The notes under the pieces: model-generated | What the model was told of the DNA's origin: nothing | The model's database searches: none | The model's input: the letters and a program-made list of their open reading frames with translations, nothing else | Shown here: positions 5,876 through 15,285 of the stretch, in pieces | How positions within the stretch are numbered: the first letter of the stretch is position 1 | Layout of the letters: each line of letters begins with the position of its first letter | Program-made: the position numbers and the translations under genes | Source of the DNA: Acidobacteriota bacterium | GTDB lineage: Bacteria; Acidobacteriota; Blastocatellia; Pyrinomonadales; Pyrinomonadaceae | Direction: 5' to 3' | DNA length: 43,787 nucleotides | Assembly (NCBI GenBank): GCA_013813755.1 | Contig: JACCRD010000002.1 | Location: 1-43,787, forward strand

Positions 5876-8800
5876 ATGCTGCGAATAAAAAATAGTTTTA
5901 ATTTGTCTTTAGCTCTTTTTCTACTTTTTTTAGTTACTTTTTCCGCATCGGCACAAAAAAACGCCGCTTATCTGACTGAACCGGCTATTTCGCCTGACCG
6001 CAAAGAAATCGCTTTTGTGTCCGGCGGCGATATCTGGACGGTGGCGGCAGGCGGCGGTACGGCGCAGCTGCTTGTTTCGCATCCGGCAAACGAGGCGCGC
6101 CCCATTTATTCGCCGGACGGCAAACGGCTCGCCTTTGTTTCAAACCGGACGGGCGGCGGCGACATCTATGTTTTAAGTTTGGAATCCGGCGATTTATCGC
6201 GTCTGACTTTTGATAGCACGCTTGACCAACTCGATGCGTGGTCGCGCGACGGCAGATGGCTTTATTTTTCCTCGACGAGTAGTGACATTGCCGGAATGAA
6301 CGACATTTTTCGCGTTTCGGCGGAAGGCGGAACACCGATGCAGGTTAGCGCCGACCGCTACACCAATGAGTTTGCCGCAGCGCCTGCGCCGGATAATTTG
6401 AGTTTAGCTTTTACGGCGCGTGGAATTGCGAATGGGCAATGGTGGCGCAAAGGGCGCAGTCATATTGACGAAAGCGAAATCTGGCTCCGGCGCGGTGAAG
6501 GCACAAATGCCGCGTATGAACAAGTTACGCAACGCGGCGCGAAACAATTATGGACAATGTGGAGCGCGGACGGCTTGCGGCTTTATTTTGTTTCTGACCG
6601 CAGCGGCGCCCAAAATATTTGGATGCAGCCGCTCAAAGGTCAGGCGAAACAATTAACCGATTTTACCGACGGGCGCGTTTTGTGGGCAAACATTTCCTAC
6701 GACGGCAAACAAATTGTTTTTGAGCGGAATTTTCGCATCTGGCAGATGAACGCCGATTCCGGCAAGGCGAGCGAAGTTCCGGTTACTTTGCGCGGAACGG
6801 CTTCGAGTCCTCTGACGGAAAGAATAAATCTTTCAACTCAAATCCGAGAGCTTTCGCTTTCGCCCGACGGCAAAAAAATCGCGCTTTTGGCACGTGGCGA
6901 GATTTTCGCAGGCTCTTCCAAAGACGGCGGCGAAGCGGTTCGCATCACGAACACGCCCGCGCCTGAATCATTTCCCGCGTGGTCGCCGGACAGCCGCAAA
7001 CTCGTTTATAATTCGGAACGCGACGGCGTAACTTCAATTTATCAATATGATTTTGCAACCGAAGCCGAAATGCGCCTTTCGAGCAATGGCAATGACGCTT
7101 TGCCGATTTTTTCGCCGGACGGAAAATTTATCGCTTTTATCAGAAACGGGCGCGCACTTTTTGTTTATGACGTAAACTCGAAACAGGAACGCGAATTGTG
7201 CAAAATTTACAGCGATTCGCCGCCCCTTCTGAGCAAACGCAATTATGTCTGGTCGCCCGACAGCCGCTTTCTCGCTTTTTTAACTAACTCCCCCGAGGCG
7301 CGTTCTTATACAAATGTCAGCGTCGCCTCAATCAGCGGCGGCGCTTCTAATATCGCCCGTCCGATCAGCTTTCTCGCTAACTCAAACAGCAGCTCGGTTT
7401 CGTGGAGTCCTGACGGTTCATTTGTTCTTTTCGACAGCAGCCAGCGCACGGAAACCGGCTCGCTCGCTCGCATCGACCTGAAACTCCGCACCCCAAAATT
7501 CCGCGAAGATCAGTTTCGAGACCTTTTCAAACAAGAAAATCCGATGGAAAAGCCACAGCCATTGCCAAGCCCTTCACCCGCCGCGACACCGCTTCCGCAA
7601 ACATCGCCAAGCCCGAGTTCGACACCAGCTGGCGATGATAAAAAAGCTGAAAAACCGGCGGATTCTAAATTAACCGAAATCGTCTTTGAAGATATTCGGC
7701 GGCGTTTGAGCATTTTGCAGACCGGCGTTGACGTCGGCAGCCAGGTGATCAGTCCGGACGGGAAAACATTGCTTGTCTTAGCGTCCGCCGAAGGTCAATT
7801 TAATCTTTACACGATGCCGCTCGACGAATTGGCAGTCGATTCTTCGGCACGGCAGCTAACTTCTACGCCGAATTTTAAGTCTGACGCGCAGTTTTCGCCT
7901 GACTCGAAGGAAGTTTTCTATATTGAAAACGGTCGTGTCAATGTCGTCGGTCTCGATAAACGCGAAGTGCGCCCGCTCAACTTTACTTTGGAAATGAACG
8001 TCAATTTCGCGCAGGAAAAGATGGAAGTTTTTAAACAGGGCTGGCGATTTATGCGCGACAATTTTTACGACGAAAAATTTCACGGCGTGGACTGGGAAGC
8101 AACTCGCAAAATTTATGAACCGATGATTGCCGGAGCGCGCAACAGCGACGAAATACGCCGTCTGATGAATTTGATGGTTGGGGAACTAAACGCTTCGCAT
8201 TTGGGCGTCGGCGCGCCTGCCAATCCCGCGACGCAGCCCGTGCAAGTTGGCAAACTCGGTTTAAGGTTTGACCGTGCCGAATATGAATTGAACGGACGCC
8301 TGAAAATTACGGAAATTATTGCTTTGAGTCCGGCGGGCATTATCCAAAACATCAAAATTGGCGATTATCTTTTGAGCGTTGACGGGACGAAAATTGACGG
8401 CACAACAAATCTCGACGAACTGCTTGAAAATAAAGTCAATCGACGGGTTGTCATTAACGTTTCATCTCTCACGGATGGTTCAAACAAACGCGAAATCGTT
8501 GTTAAACCAATCAGCGGCGGTGCGGAGAAAAATCTTTTGTATCGGCAGTGGGTTGAAGACAATCGCGCATACGTCACGCGCATCAGCAGCAATCGGCTCG
8601 GTTATATTCATCTGCCGGATATGTCTTCAAATTCTTTGTCGCAGATGTATGTTGATTTGGACGCGGAAAACGAAGGCAAAGAAGCGGTCATCATCGACAT
8701 TCGCAACAATAACGGCGGATTCGTCAATCCGTATGTGATTGACGTTTTATCCAGACGCGGCTATTTGAATATGAAAGAGCGCGGCGCGTGGACGGTTCCG

Positions 8801-9160
8801 GCGCGTTCGGCGCTCGGTCAACGCTCTCTCGAACGCCCGACGATTCTTGTCACAAATCAGCATTCGCTCTCGGATGCCGAAGATTTGACGGAAGGTTACC
8901 GCGCTCTGAAACTCGGCAAAGTCGTCGGCGAACCGACCGCCGGATGGATTATCTTCACCTGGAACACGACGCTTTTCGACGGCACCACTTTTCGTCTGCC
9001 GCGTTCGATGATTACGGGCGGCGACGGCAAAAATATGGAACTCAACCCGCGCGGCGTAGATATTCCGGTCACGCGCCCAATCGGTGAAAGCCTTATAAGA
9101 CAGGACAGCCAACTTGACCGCGCGGCGCGTGAACTTCTTGGACAAATCGGAGGGAAATAA
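5876..9160 (+). CDS. Tricorn protease homologue (peptidase S41B: PD40 beta-propellers + PDZ + S41 catalytic domain)
   Basis: ATG 5876 gives the signal peptide MLRIKNSFNLSLALFLLFLVTFSASA. The product has repeated PD40 motifs (SPDGKRLAFVS, SPDGKKIAL, SPDSRKLVY, SPDGKFIAF), a PDZ domain (LKITEIIALSPAGI...GDYLLSVDG) and S41 motifs (ELNASHLG, IIDIRNNNGG, HSLSDAE). Confidence 0.85.
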   Translation: MLRIKNSFNLSLALFLLFLVTFSASAQKNAAYLTEPAISPDRKEIAFVSGGDIWTVAAGGGTAQLLVSHPANEARPIYSPDGKRLAFVSNRTGGGDIYVLSLESGDLSRLTFDSTLDQLDAWSRDGRWLYFSSTSSDIAGMNDIFRVSAEGGTPMQVSADRYTNEFAAAPAPDNLSLAFTARGIANGQWWRKGRSHIDESEIWLRRGEGTNAAYEQVTQRGAKQLWTMWSADGLRLYFVSDRSGAQNIWMQPLKGQAKQLTDFTDGRVLWANISYDGKQIVFERNFRIWQMNADSGKASEVPVTLRGTASSPLTERINLSTQIRELSLSPDGKKIALLARGEIFAGSSKDGGEAVRITNTPAPESFPAWSPDSRKLVYNSERDGVTSIYQYDFATEAEMRLSSNGNDALPIFSPDGKFIAFIRNGRALFVYDVNSKQERELCKIYSDSPPLLSKRNYVWSPDSRFLAFLTNSPEARSYTNVSVASISGGASNIARPISFLANSNSSSVSWSPDGSFVLFDSSQRTETGSLARIDLKLRTPKFREDQFRDLFKQENPMEKPQPLPSPSPAATPLPQTSPSPSSTPAGDDKKAEKPADSKLTEIVFEDIRRRLSILQTGVDVGSQVISPDGKTLLVLASAEGQFNLYTMPLDELAVDSSARQLTSTPNFKSDAQFSPDSKEVFYIENGRVNVVGLDKREVRPLNFTLEMNVNFAQEKMEVFKQGWRFMRDNFYDEKFHGVDWEATRKIYEPMIAGARNSDEIRRLMNLMVGELNASHLGVGAPANPATQPVQVGKLGLRFDRAEYELNGRLKITEIIALSPAGIIQNIKIGDYLLSVDGTKIDGTTNLDELLENKVNRRVVINVSSLTDGSNKREIVVKPISGGAEKNLLYRQWVEDNRAYVTRISSNRLGYIHLPDMSSNSLSQMYVDLDAENEGKEAVIIDIRNNNGGFVNPYVIDVLSRRGYLNMKERGAWTVPARSALGQRSLERPTILVTNQHSLSDAEDLTEGYRALKLGKVVGEPTAGWIIFTWNTTLFDGTTFRLPRSMITGGDGKNMELNPRGVDIPVTRPIGESLIRQDSQLDRAARELLGQIGGK

Positions 9161-9162
9161 AC

Positions 9163-9246
9163 GAGACGGAGAAGAGGAGAAGATCGAAGGCAATTCGACT
9201 TGCTCCCTGTTTCTTTGTCTCCTTATCTTCTTCTCTCGCCTTCTCC
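9163..9246. terminator. Imperfect purine-rich / pyrimidine-rich inverted repeat between convergent genes (possible bidirectional terminator)
   Basis: ggagaag (9168-9174) can pair with cttctcc (9240-9246), agaagat (9178-9184) with atcttct (9225-9231), and aagg (9187-9190) with cctt (9221-9224). There is no clean U-tract. Confidence 0.3.
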
Positions 9247-9251
9247 TTGTA

Positions 9252-10622
9252 TTATTTCGGTGCGGAAGTTCTGCCCGTGCGAGTAATGGCAATTCTTTTT
9301 TCTTTGTTCGCGCTCTCGGCGACAGACACTTTTATTTTTCGGAAATTTCCGTCGCGGGTCTCGTTTGTCGGAGCGTATGAAATTAAATACTGCGTGCGCA
9401 GTTCGCCGGAAATATCGGCGGCGATTTGTGGAAGTTCATCAATTGAATTTGGAAAATAAACTTTTCCTCCCGTTTCCTGCGATAGACGAGTTAAAAAAGT
9501 CTTTGCTTTTTCCTGACGATTTGTACCGCTCGCGTCAGGTTCTTTCTCTAAACTATTGACAAATCCAACGGCGTAAACCTGCACATTCGACGCGCGCAGC
9601 AATTCGAAAAGTTGTTGTTCCTGAAAAGAACTGCCGCGGTCTTCGCCGTCTGAAACAACAATTAGCGCACGGAGCTTAATATCATCTTTTTTCCGGGAGT
9701 TTTGATATTGGTCAACCTTTTTTGCCGCCAGATAAACCGCATCAATAATCGCCGTTTGTCCGCCCTCGACGAATAAATTATCGAGCGCATTGTTAAGCGA
9801 AGTTTTATTGGTCGTAAAATCCTGTACGACCTCGATTTTATCTTTGCTGACAAAACGAACAATGGTCGACTCATCCTGGGGGCGATTTTTACCCACTAAA
9901 ATTTTTCCGGCTTCGATAACCCTTTCAAGCTGGGAGCGAAGCGAACGCGAGTTGTCAATGACGAGAGCGTTGATTGTTGGAACTTCGACTGTTGTTAAAG
10001 AAGTAATCGGCTGCAGCACATTGTCTTCGTAAACTTCAAAGTGCGTCTGATTCAAATTGTTGACCGAGCGATTATTGTTGTCAACAACGCGGACATTTAT
10101 GCTGACTTCTTCCGTATCGACGCGAAGAATCTCTTCGTCTTCAACCGGAATTGGAGATGCCGCCGGAGAAGGCGTCGAGCTAATTGAAGGCGACGGGCTG
10201 GCAGGCGACGGGCTAACAGCCGGTGTCGCTTCTACAATCGGCGCCGGAGAAGGTGACGGATTGCCAGCCGCTACTTCTTTTACAATCGGCGCGGGAGTTG
10301 AGACGACTGTTTCCGGAGTTGGGACGATTTCTGTCTGCGGCGTTTGTTTAACTGTTTCCGCCTTTACGACCGAACCGATTGTGTCTTTGCGAATCCAACC
10401 TTTAACTGTTCTGTCCGATACGGATACGTAATACCAACCTTTTGTGTCCTGAGCTTTTTCAAAAGTGACTTTCTCTCCCTTTTGAACCGTTTGAACTTTT
10501 TCCGAATTCGAATCGGGTAATTTACGCAAAAAAGTTGACGTTACGATTACTTCCGCCTGCTTTTGAGCAAAAACTGAAAAGGTAAAAAATAAAGTTAAAA
10601 CTACGGTGATAAAAACTTTCAT
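9252..10622 (-). CDS. Secreted SH3b + Pro/Ser linker + VWA-domain protein (acidobacterial VWFA, TIGR03436-like)
   Basis: ATG 10622 gives the signal peptide MKVFITVVLTLFFTFSVFA. The SH3b-like segment reads TVQKGEKVTFEKAQDTKGWYYVSV...GWIRKD and the linker SPSPAP...SPSPASPSPS. The FEVYEDNVLQPI motif and the VWA core (ALVIDNSRS ... VVSDGEDRGS) follow. Confidence 0.8.
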   Translation of the reverse strand: MKVFITVVLTLFFTFSVFAQKQAEVIVTSTFLRKLPDSNSEKVQTVQKGEKVTFEKAQDTKGWYYVSVSDRTVKGWIRKDTIGSVVKAETVKQTPQTEIVPTPETVVSTPAPIVKEVAAGNPSPSPAPIVEATPAVSPSPASPSPSISSTPSPAASPIPVEDEEILRVDTEEVSINVRVVDNNNRSVNNLNQTHFEVYEDNVLQPITSLTTVEVPTINALVIDNSRSLRSQLERVIEAGKILVGKNRPQDESTIVRFVSKDKIEVVQDFTTNKTSLNNALDNLFVEGGQTAIIDAVYLAAKKVDQYQNSRKKDDIKLRALIVVSDGEDRGSSFQEQQLFELLRASNVQVYAVGFVNSLEKEPDASGTNRQEKAKTFLTRLSQETGGKVYFPNSIDELPQIAADISGELRTQYLISYAPTNETRDGNFRKIKVSVAESANKEKRIAITRTGRTSAPK

Positions 10623-10708
10623 AAATATCGTGAGCCACTGGTGCTGCGATTGAGGCGGCAACGACTGATTTTTGTTTAACTTAAATCTGCACAAAAAACG
10701 AAATGACT

Positions 10709-11281
10709 TTATTTAGTGACGAAAGAATTCAAATAATTGTCAATTTCGGGAGTATCTATTTCACTTTCAGGCAGAACAGCCAGCAGCAGATAAAACCGCT
10801 TGCCGTGAAAAAACATCCGCATCCGTTCCACTCGATACTTTGTTCTTACCTGACTTTCGCGTCCCGTCACTATACCGTCCGGTATTTTTATACGAACTTC
10901 ACGACCCTTCACTGTGCCGTTTGTAAATTCCTCGTCTTTAAGCAGTTGACCTTTAGCGGCTTCGACCGCATCGTCGCGGATTTTCTTATAATAAGCCTTA
11001 TAATTAGGTTTCCACGGAACGTATCTTTTTGGAGAATCTCTATAGATGACGGCAAAAAAACCATTGTGATCGCTATACGAGTAGCTGCCCATCGTGCTGC
11101 GAGACTGCTGCTGCGCCTCGCTGTCGGGCTTCAAAGCGCCGGGCGCGAGAATACTCCAAGCACCGTTGTCCGGGCTAAAAGTGTTCCAGGTTCTACCTTG
11201 AGCGAAAGCGGCGCCGCTTAAAACAAGAAGAACTCCGAGAATTTGTAATAATTTGTTCGTCCGAATCTTAACCTTAAACAT
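10709..11281 (-). CDS. Secreted hypothetical protein (190 aa)
   Basis: ATG at 11281 and a signal peptide LLQILGVLLVLSGAAFAQ. It lies on the same strand as, and between, the two VWA genes. I recognise no family. Confidence 0.6.
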   Translation of the reverse strand: MFKVKIRTNKLLQILGVLLVLSGAAFAQGRTWNTFSPDNGAWSILAPGALKPDSEAQQQSRSTMGSYSYSDHNGFFAVIYRDSPKRYVPWKPNYKAYYKKIRDDAVEAAKGQLLKDEEFTNGTVKGREVRIKIPDGIVTGRESQVRTKYRVERMRMFFHGKRFYLLLAVLPESEIDTPEIDNYLNSFVTK

Positions 11282-11324
11282 AATTTCTCACATTAATTAT
11301 TGAAACAGTTTCACGACAAAATTT

Positions 11325-11350
11325 TCGCGGGTAAGCTTCGCGGGTAAGCT
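11325..11350. repeat. Perfect 13-bp tandem duplication (tcgcgggtaagct x2)
   Basis: 11325-11337 equals 11338-11350. It sits in the 78-bp spacer between the VWA gene stop (11360) and the next gene's start (11281). Confidence 0.9.
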
Positions 11351-11359
11351 ATGAAAATA

Positions 11360-12418
11360 TTATAACTGTTTAGCGCGAAATTTTCCGCGCGTGCGAACTA
11401 CGGCTCCCGCCCGCTCAACTTTAACAGTAATATCGTGAACAGACGCGGCGTTTGCCGCATCTTTCGAGCGATAACCGAGCCGGTATTGCTGTCTCAATTC
11501 GCCGGCAACTTTTTTAAAAATTTCCTTTAACTGCGGCGTATTGCTCAGGTAAAATCTGCCGGCGGTGGCATCGGACATTTCTCTTAAAGAATTGACCGCT
11601 TCAATATCAGCCGCTTTTTCGCGAATTTTGATTTCTGAATCATCAGGCGCTCCTACCCCGGCGGGAATCCAAACCGAATATCCCTTTTTCTTTTTTTGAG
11701 GCTTCTTTTTGCGCGGCTTACTTTCTTTTTCTTCCTTAACCGTTCCGTCCGGTGCGATTACCAGATTATTAAAACCTTCGCCTGTTTTATAATGGATGGT
11801 GTAAATCAATACGTCTGATTCTTCGAGCTGGTTTAATAATTGATTTTTTGTGATCGAACTTCCGAAATCTTTACCGTCCGAGAGCAGAACAATTACTTTG
11901 CGACCTTCAATATCAGCAAACGACTTCTGAGCGATTTGCTCGACCGCATTATGAATAATCGTTCCGTCCTGCGCGGCGGTTTGAACTTTGTCGAGCGAGT
12001 CCCGGAGCGTTTGCTGATCGGAAGAGAACGAATTGAGAATTTTTACTTGGGAGTCGAATGTCGCTATCAAACATTGGTCGTTCGGATTCAATAATCCGAC
12101 AAAATCTTTGGCGGCATCTTTGATTTTTTCCAAAGCGGCTGTAGTGCTTCCGCTGGTGTCAAGCAGCAGAGCGATATTTAGCGGTTCATCATAAGTCGCA
12201 AAAAACGAAATGTTTTGTTTTACGCCGTCTTCGAAAACGGTAAAATCCTGCTTCTTCAAACCGGAAATATAATGTCCTTCGCGGTCGCTGACGGTAACCG
12301 GAACGCTGACCAGAGTCTTTTCTGGTTTTTTAATTTTCGCGGGTTCAGTGATTTGAGCGTGCAATTGAATCGGAAGAGTCAAAAGCATCGAGAAAAATAA
12401 TGTAAAAATGAATTTCAT
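11360..12418 (-). CDS. Secreted VWA-domain protein (acidobacterial VWFA, TIGR03436-like)
   Basis: ATG 12418 gives the signal peptide MKFIFTLFFSMLLTLPIQLHA. The product has the DFTVFEDGVKQNISFF motif, a MIDAS-like LLLDTSGST, and VLLSDGKDFGS. It carries a lysine-rich insert, KPRKKKPQKKKKG. Confidence 0.8.
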   Translation of the reverse strand: MKFIFTLFFSMLLTLPIQLHAQITEPAKIKKPEKTLVSVPVTVSDREGHYISGLKKQDFTVFEDGVKQNISFFATYDEPLNIALLLDTSGSTTAALEKIKDAAKDFVGLLNPNDQCLIATFDSQVKILNSFSSDQQTLRDSLDKVQTAAQDGTIIHNAVEQIAQKSFADIEGRKVIVLLSDGKDFGSSITKNQLLNQLEESDVLIYTIHYKTGEGFNNLVIAPDGTVKEEKESKPRKKKPQKKKKGYSVWIPAGVGAPDDSEIKIREKAADIEAVNSLREMSDATAGRFYLSNTPQLKEIFKKVAGELRQQYRLGYRSKDAANAASVHDITVKVERAGAVVRTRGKFRAKQL

Positions 12419-12529
12419 AACTTTTTGTTTTATTCCAAAGTATAGATTTACGAGTCTTTGGCGTATCAAAGTTTAAAATTATAGTTAATTTTTATTAAAT
12501 AAGTCCAATTCCGTTAGTTACCTGGCTTA

Positions 12530-13735
12530 TCAATCAGTTGGCACAATCCGCAGAATCCGGTCATCTTCCCGGCTTGCATCACCGCGTCCATCGCGGTTAG
12601 AGGTTGAAAAATAAATCGAGCCGTCAGGCGCTTCCGCAATTTCACGAATTCGTCCATAAGTTTTCACTAGCAGACGTTCCTGGCTGACAACTTTTCTGCC
12701 CTCAAACACAAGCCGGATGATTGCTTCGCCTTTGAGCGCGCCGAAAAAGAAATTACCCTTAAATTCGGGGAAAAGATTGCCGCGATAAAACATTCCGCTT
12801 GCCGGAGCGACGGCGGGCGAATACTCAACAATCGGCGTTTCCATTCCTTCACGTTTTGTTTTGTGACTGATTTTTGCCCAACCGTAATTCTTTCCGCGTT
12901 CGACGATATTCACTTCGTCGCCGCCGGAACGCTTAAAGAGCGACACGCCGTCAATCAGGCTCGGACCGTGTTCGGTTTGAAACATCAAGCCGGTTTCGGG
13001 CTGAAAATCCATCCCTTGCGCGTTGCGGTGACCGTAAGTCCAGATTTCGGGACGCGCTCCTTTTTGATTCACAAACGGATTATCCGCTGGGACTGTGCCG
13101 TCATCGTTTAGCCGCAAAGTTTTTCCGCCCAAAGTTTCGAGCTTTTGTCCCTGACTTTGTTTGGTCGCATCGCCGGTCGTAATGTAAAGTTTTCCGTCGG
13201 GACTAAACTTGAGGCGCGTTCCGGCGTGAAAGCGCGCTGCCGGAATCATTTCGACAATTGTTTTTGCGTCAATCAGTTCAGTGCCGGTTTCGCGGTAGCG
13301 CACGACTTTGACGTGCTGATTACCGTTTTTTTGATAAGCGTAAGCGAGATACAAAAAATGATTGCTCGCAAACTGCGGATGCAGAGCCATCCCCATCAAA
13401 CCGCTTTCGCCGGACGGTTCAACTTCTGAAATGACAGCGAGCGTTTCACTGCGCAGTTTGCCGTTTTCGATCACGCGAAGTCGTCCGGGTCGCTCGGTAA
13501 AAAACGTTCGTCCGTCGGGCGCAAAAACGATTGACCAAACGACTTCCAAATTCGTCGCCACTGTCTCGACCTTGAACTTCGGCGTGACAGCAGGCGCATT
13601 AAAAATTGATCGATCTTCTTCAGCTGACTTAGTTTCAAAAGCATCTGCAATTGGCGAAGAGGCGCAAGCGACGTTTGCCAGCAGCGCGATTAAAAAAAGA
13701 ATTCGACACGCAAACAGATTTATTTTTATCAGCAT
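12530..13735 (-). CDS. PQQ-dependent sugar (glucose/sorbosone) dehydrogenase, soluble beta-propeller type
   Basis: Motifs include GLMGMALHPQF, HAGTRLKFSPDGKLYITTGD, TLRLNDDGTVPADNPF, WTYGHRNAQG, EHGP and NYGWA. An N-terminal signal/lipoprotein-like leader is present. Confidence 0.85.
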   Translation of the reverse strand: MLIKINLFACRILFLIALLANVACASSPIADAFETKSAEEDRSIFNAPAVTPKFKVETVATNLEVVWSIVFAPDGRTFFTERPGRLRVIENGKLRSETLAVISEVEPSGESGLMGMALHPQFASNHFLYLAYAYQKNGNQHVKVVRYRETGTELIDAKTIVEMIPAARFHAGTRLKFSPDGKLYITTGDATKQSQGQKLETLGGKTLRLNDDGTVPADNPFVNQKGARPEIWTYGHRNAQGMDFQPETGLMFQTEHGPSLIDGVSLFKRSGGDEVNIVERGKNYGWAKISHKTKREGMETPIVEYSPAVAPASGMFYRGNLFPEFKGNFFFGALKGEAIIRLVFEGRKVVSQERLLVKTYGRIREIAEAPDGSIYFSTSNRDGRGDASREDDRILRIVPTD

Positions 13736-13914
13736 TTATAAAACTTCTTTCACAAAATATTAATTGCTTAATTTTGATGCGGCTTGTTAAAATTCGGCGC
13801 GCATAAATTTTTTAACAATTTTTAGTTTTAGCGATTGGGCTGAAATTATGACCGGAAACATCTCTAAAAATCTTGTGTTTGCTTAACGAGCAAAGCATAT
13901 TCTAAACTGTTCGA

Positions 13915-14463
13915 ATGCGCTCTAACTTTCTAAAATTACCTTTTTTGTTAATCTTGCCGCTGATTTTTTGGCTGCCTTGCGCGGCACAGGAAACTTGCCA
14001 GGTAGAATTAAAAGACGCACCGACGTTCTTTAATTTGAGGCTTGGGATGACTGCGCCCCAAGTGCAGAATGTTGTCGGAAAAAAGTTGAAGGTAAAAGTC
14101 AAAAAAAAGGGCGAGCGCACCTTTTTTCAAAACTTTATTAAACAACCGCCGCCGAATACTTTGAGCGGTGTCCGGGCTTTATATCTCCGCTTTTTTAACG
14201 GCGCGCTGTACCAGATTGAAATTTTTTACGAGGAAACAACCGTTTGGAAAACCGTTGCTTCTTCTGCTGAAGTTTTTTCGGCAAAGTTGAATTTAGCGCA
14301 GTCATTTCAGGAAAACACAATGAAGCGGATCGAATCAAAATGCATCGGATTTTCACTTATGGCGGATAATGTTCTGAACCCGCGAATTGAGTTGACTAAT
14401 GAAATGATTCGCGCTCAAGTTTTGGAACTTAGACGGCGCGAAGAGGAAAATAAGAAAAAATGA
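13915..14463 (+). CDS. Secreted hypothetical protein (182 aa)
   Basis: ATG at 13915, signal peptide LPFLLILPLIFWLPCAAQ and a charged C-terminus RRREEENKKK. I recognise no family. Confidence 0.55.
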   Translation: MRSNFLKLPFLLILPLIFWLPCAAQETCQVELKDAPTFFNLRLGMTAPQVQNVVGKKLKVKVKKKGERTFFQNFIKQPPPNTLSGVRALYLRFFNGALYQIEIFYEETTVWKTVASSAEVFSAKLNLAQSFQENTMKRIESKCIGFSLMADNVLNPRIELTNEMIRAQVLELRRREEENKKK

Positions 14464-14813
14464 GTATGAAGGTATTAAATCAATCAAAAATTATCAAGGA
14501 ACGCCGCCCAAACAGCCGCGTAGAAAGACAGCCGATTCGAGCGAATTGAATTGTCTGTCCATTACAAAAATAATCGCGTATAAATTTATGAAAAACCATT
14601 TGCGCGTCCTTTGTGCGGATAACGACATACTTGTGAAAATGTCGGTCGGGAAACAGAGATAATTAACATTTGAACACCGTCAATTTTGAAAACTCAAAGT
14701 TTCGTAGGAACGGCATATTTTTACGTCGCTTCTATGGAGCTCAAAAGCCCTTCGCTCTCATTTATACAAACATTACGCTCCTCCAAAGTTATTTTTTTGA
14801 ATTTTCAAATCTT

Positions 14814-15161
14814 CTAAATAATTATTTTTATCAAATTGTCTTCCACAACAACTCTGTAAGATTCGATTGAGCCATTTTTCTTCGTCAAACATTCACCGCT
14901 TCGCACATCAAAACGCCAGCTATGAAGGTCACATTTGACTACATTTCCTTTGAGGCAGGAATCTGCCAGCGGGTAAGCCTTATGCGGACAAAAGTTTTCG
15001 ATCGCGTAAAAATCCCCTCCGACATTAAAAAGCGCGAGTTCGCCTCCATCCTTCAATTTCACTGTCGCGCCGCGTCCAGGCGGAACAGAATCTTTTCGCC
15101 CGACAATTATCTTTTTCCCCGTTCGCATCGGTTTGCGTTTGTTTTCGTAAAGTTTCCCCAT
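14814..15161 (-). CDS. Small Rieske [2Fe-2S] protein, NirD-like
   Basis: It has CPH (FCPHKAYPL) and CxxH (KCDLHSW) cluster ligands in a roughly 115-aa protein. I chose the start at ATG 15161; ATG 15128 is also possible. The track's longer start was not used. Confidence 0.75.
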   Translation of the reverse strand: MGKLYENKRKPMRTGKKIIVGRKDSVPPGRGATVKLKDGGELALFNVGGDFYAIENFCPHKAYPLADSCLKGNVVKCDLHSWRFDVRSGECLTKKNGSIESYRVVVEDNLIKIII

Positions 15162-15285
15162 CCTAATGTTGATTTTGAATTTTAAATTTTGGATAGGCAA
15201 ATCACCAGCGAAAATTTCCTACTTGCTTTATTGCCGCAAGTCAAAGAAAATAATAGAAAACTATTGACGCTTTGGAGCTTTCAAG

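Noticed and set aside
14670-14870. 66-aa plus-strand ORF in the convergent spacer
   Set aside because: It overlaps the 3' end of the Rieske gene and has no RBS. It reads like the translation of a non-coding repeat or structure rather than a protein.
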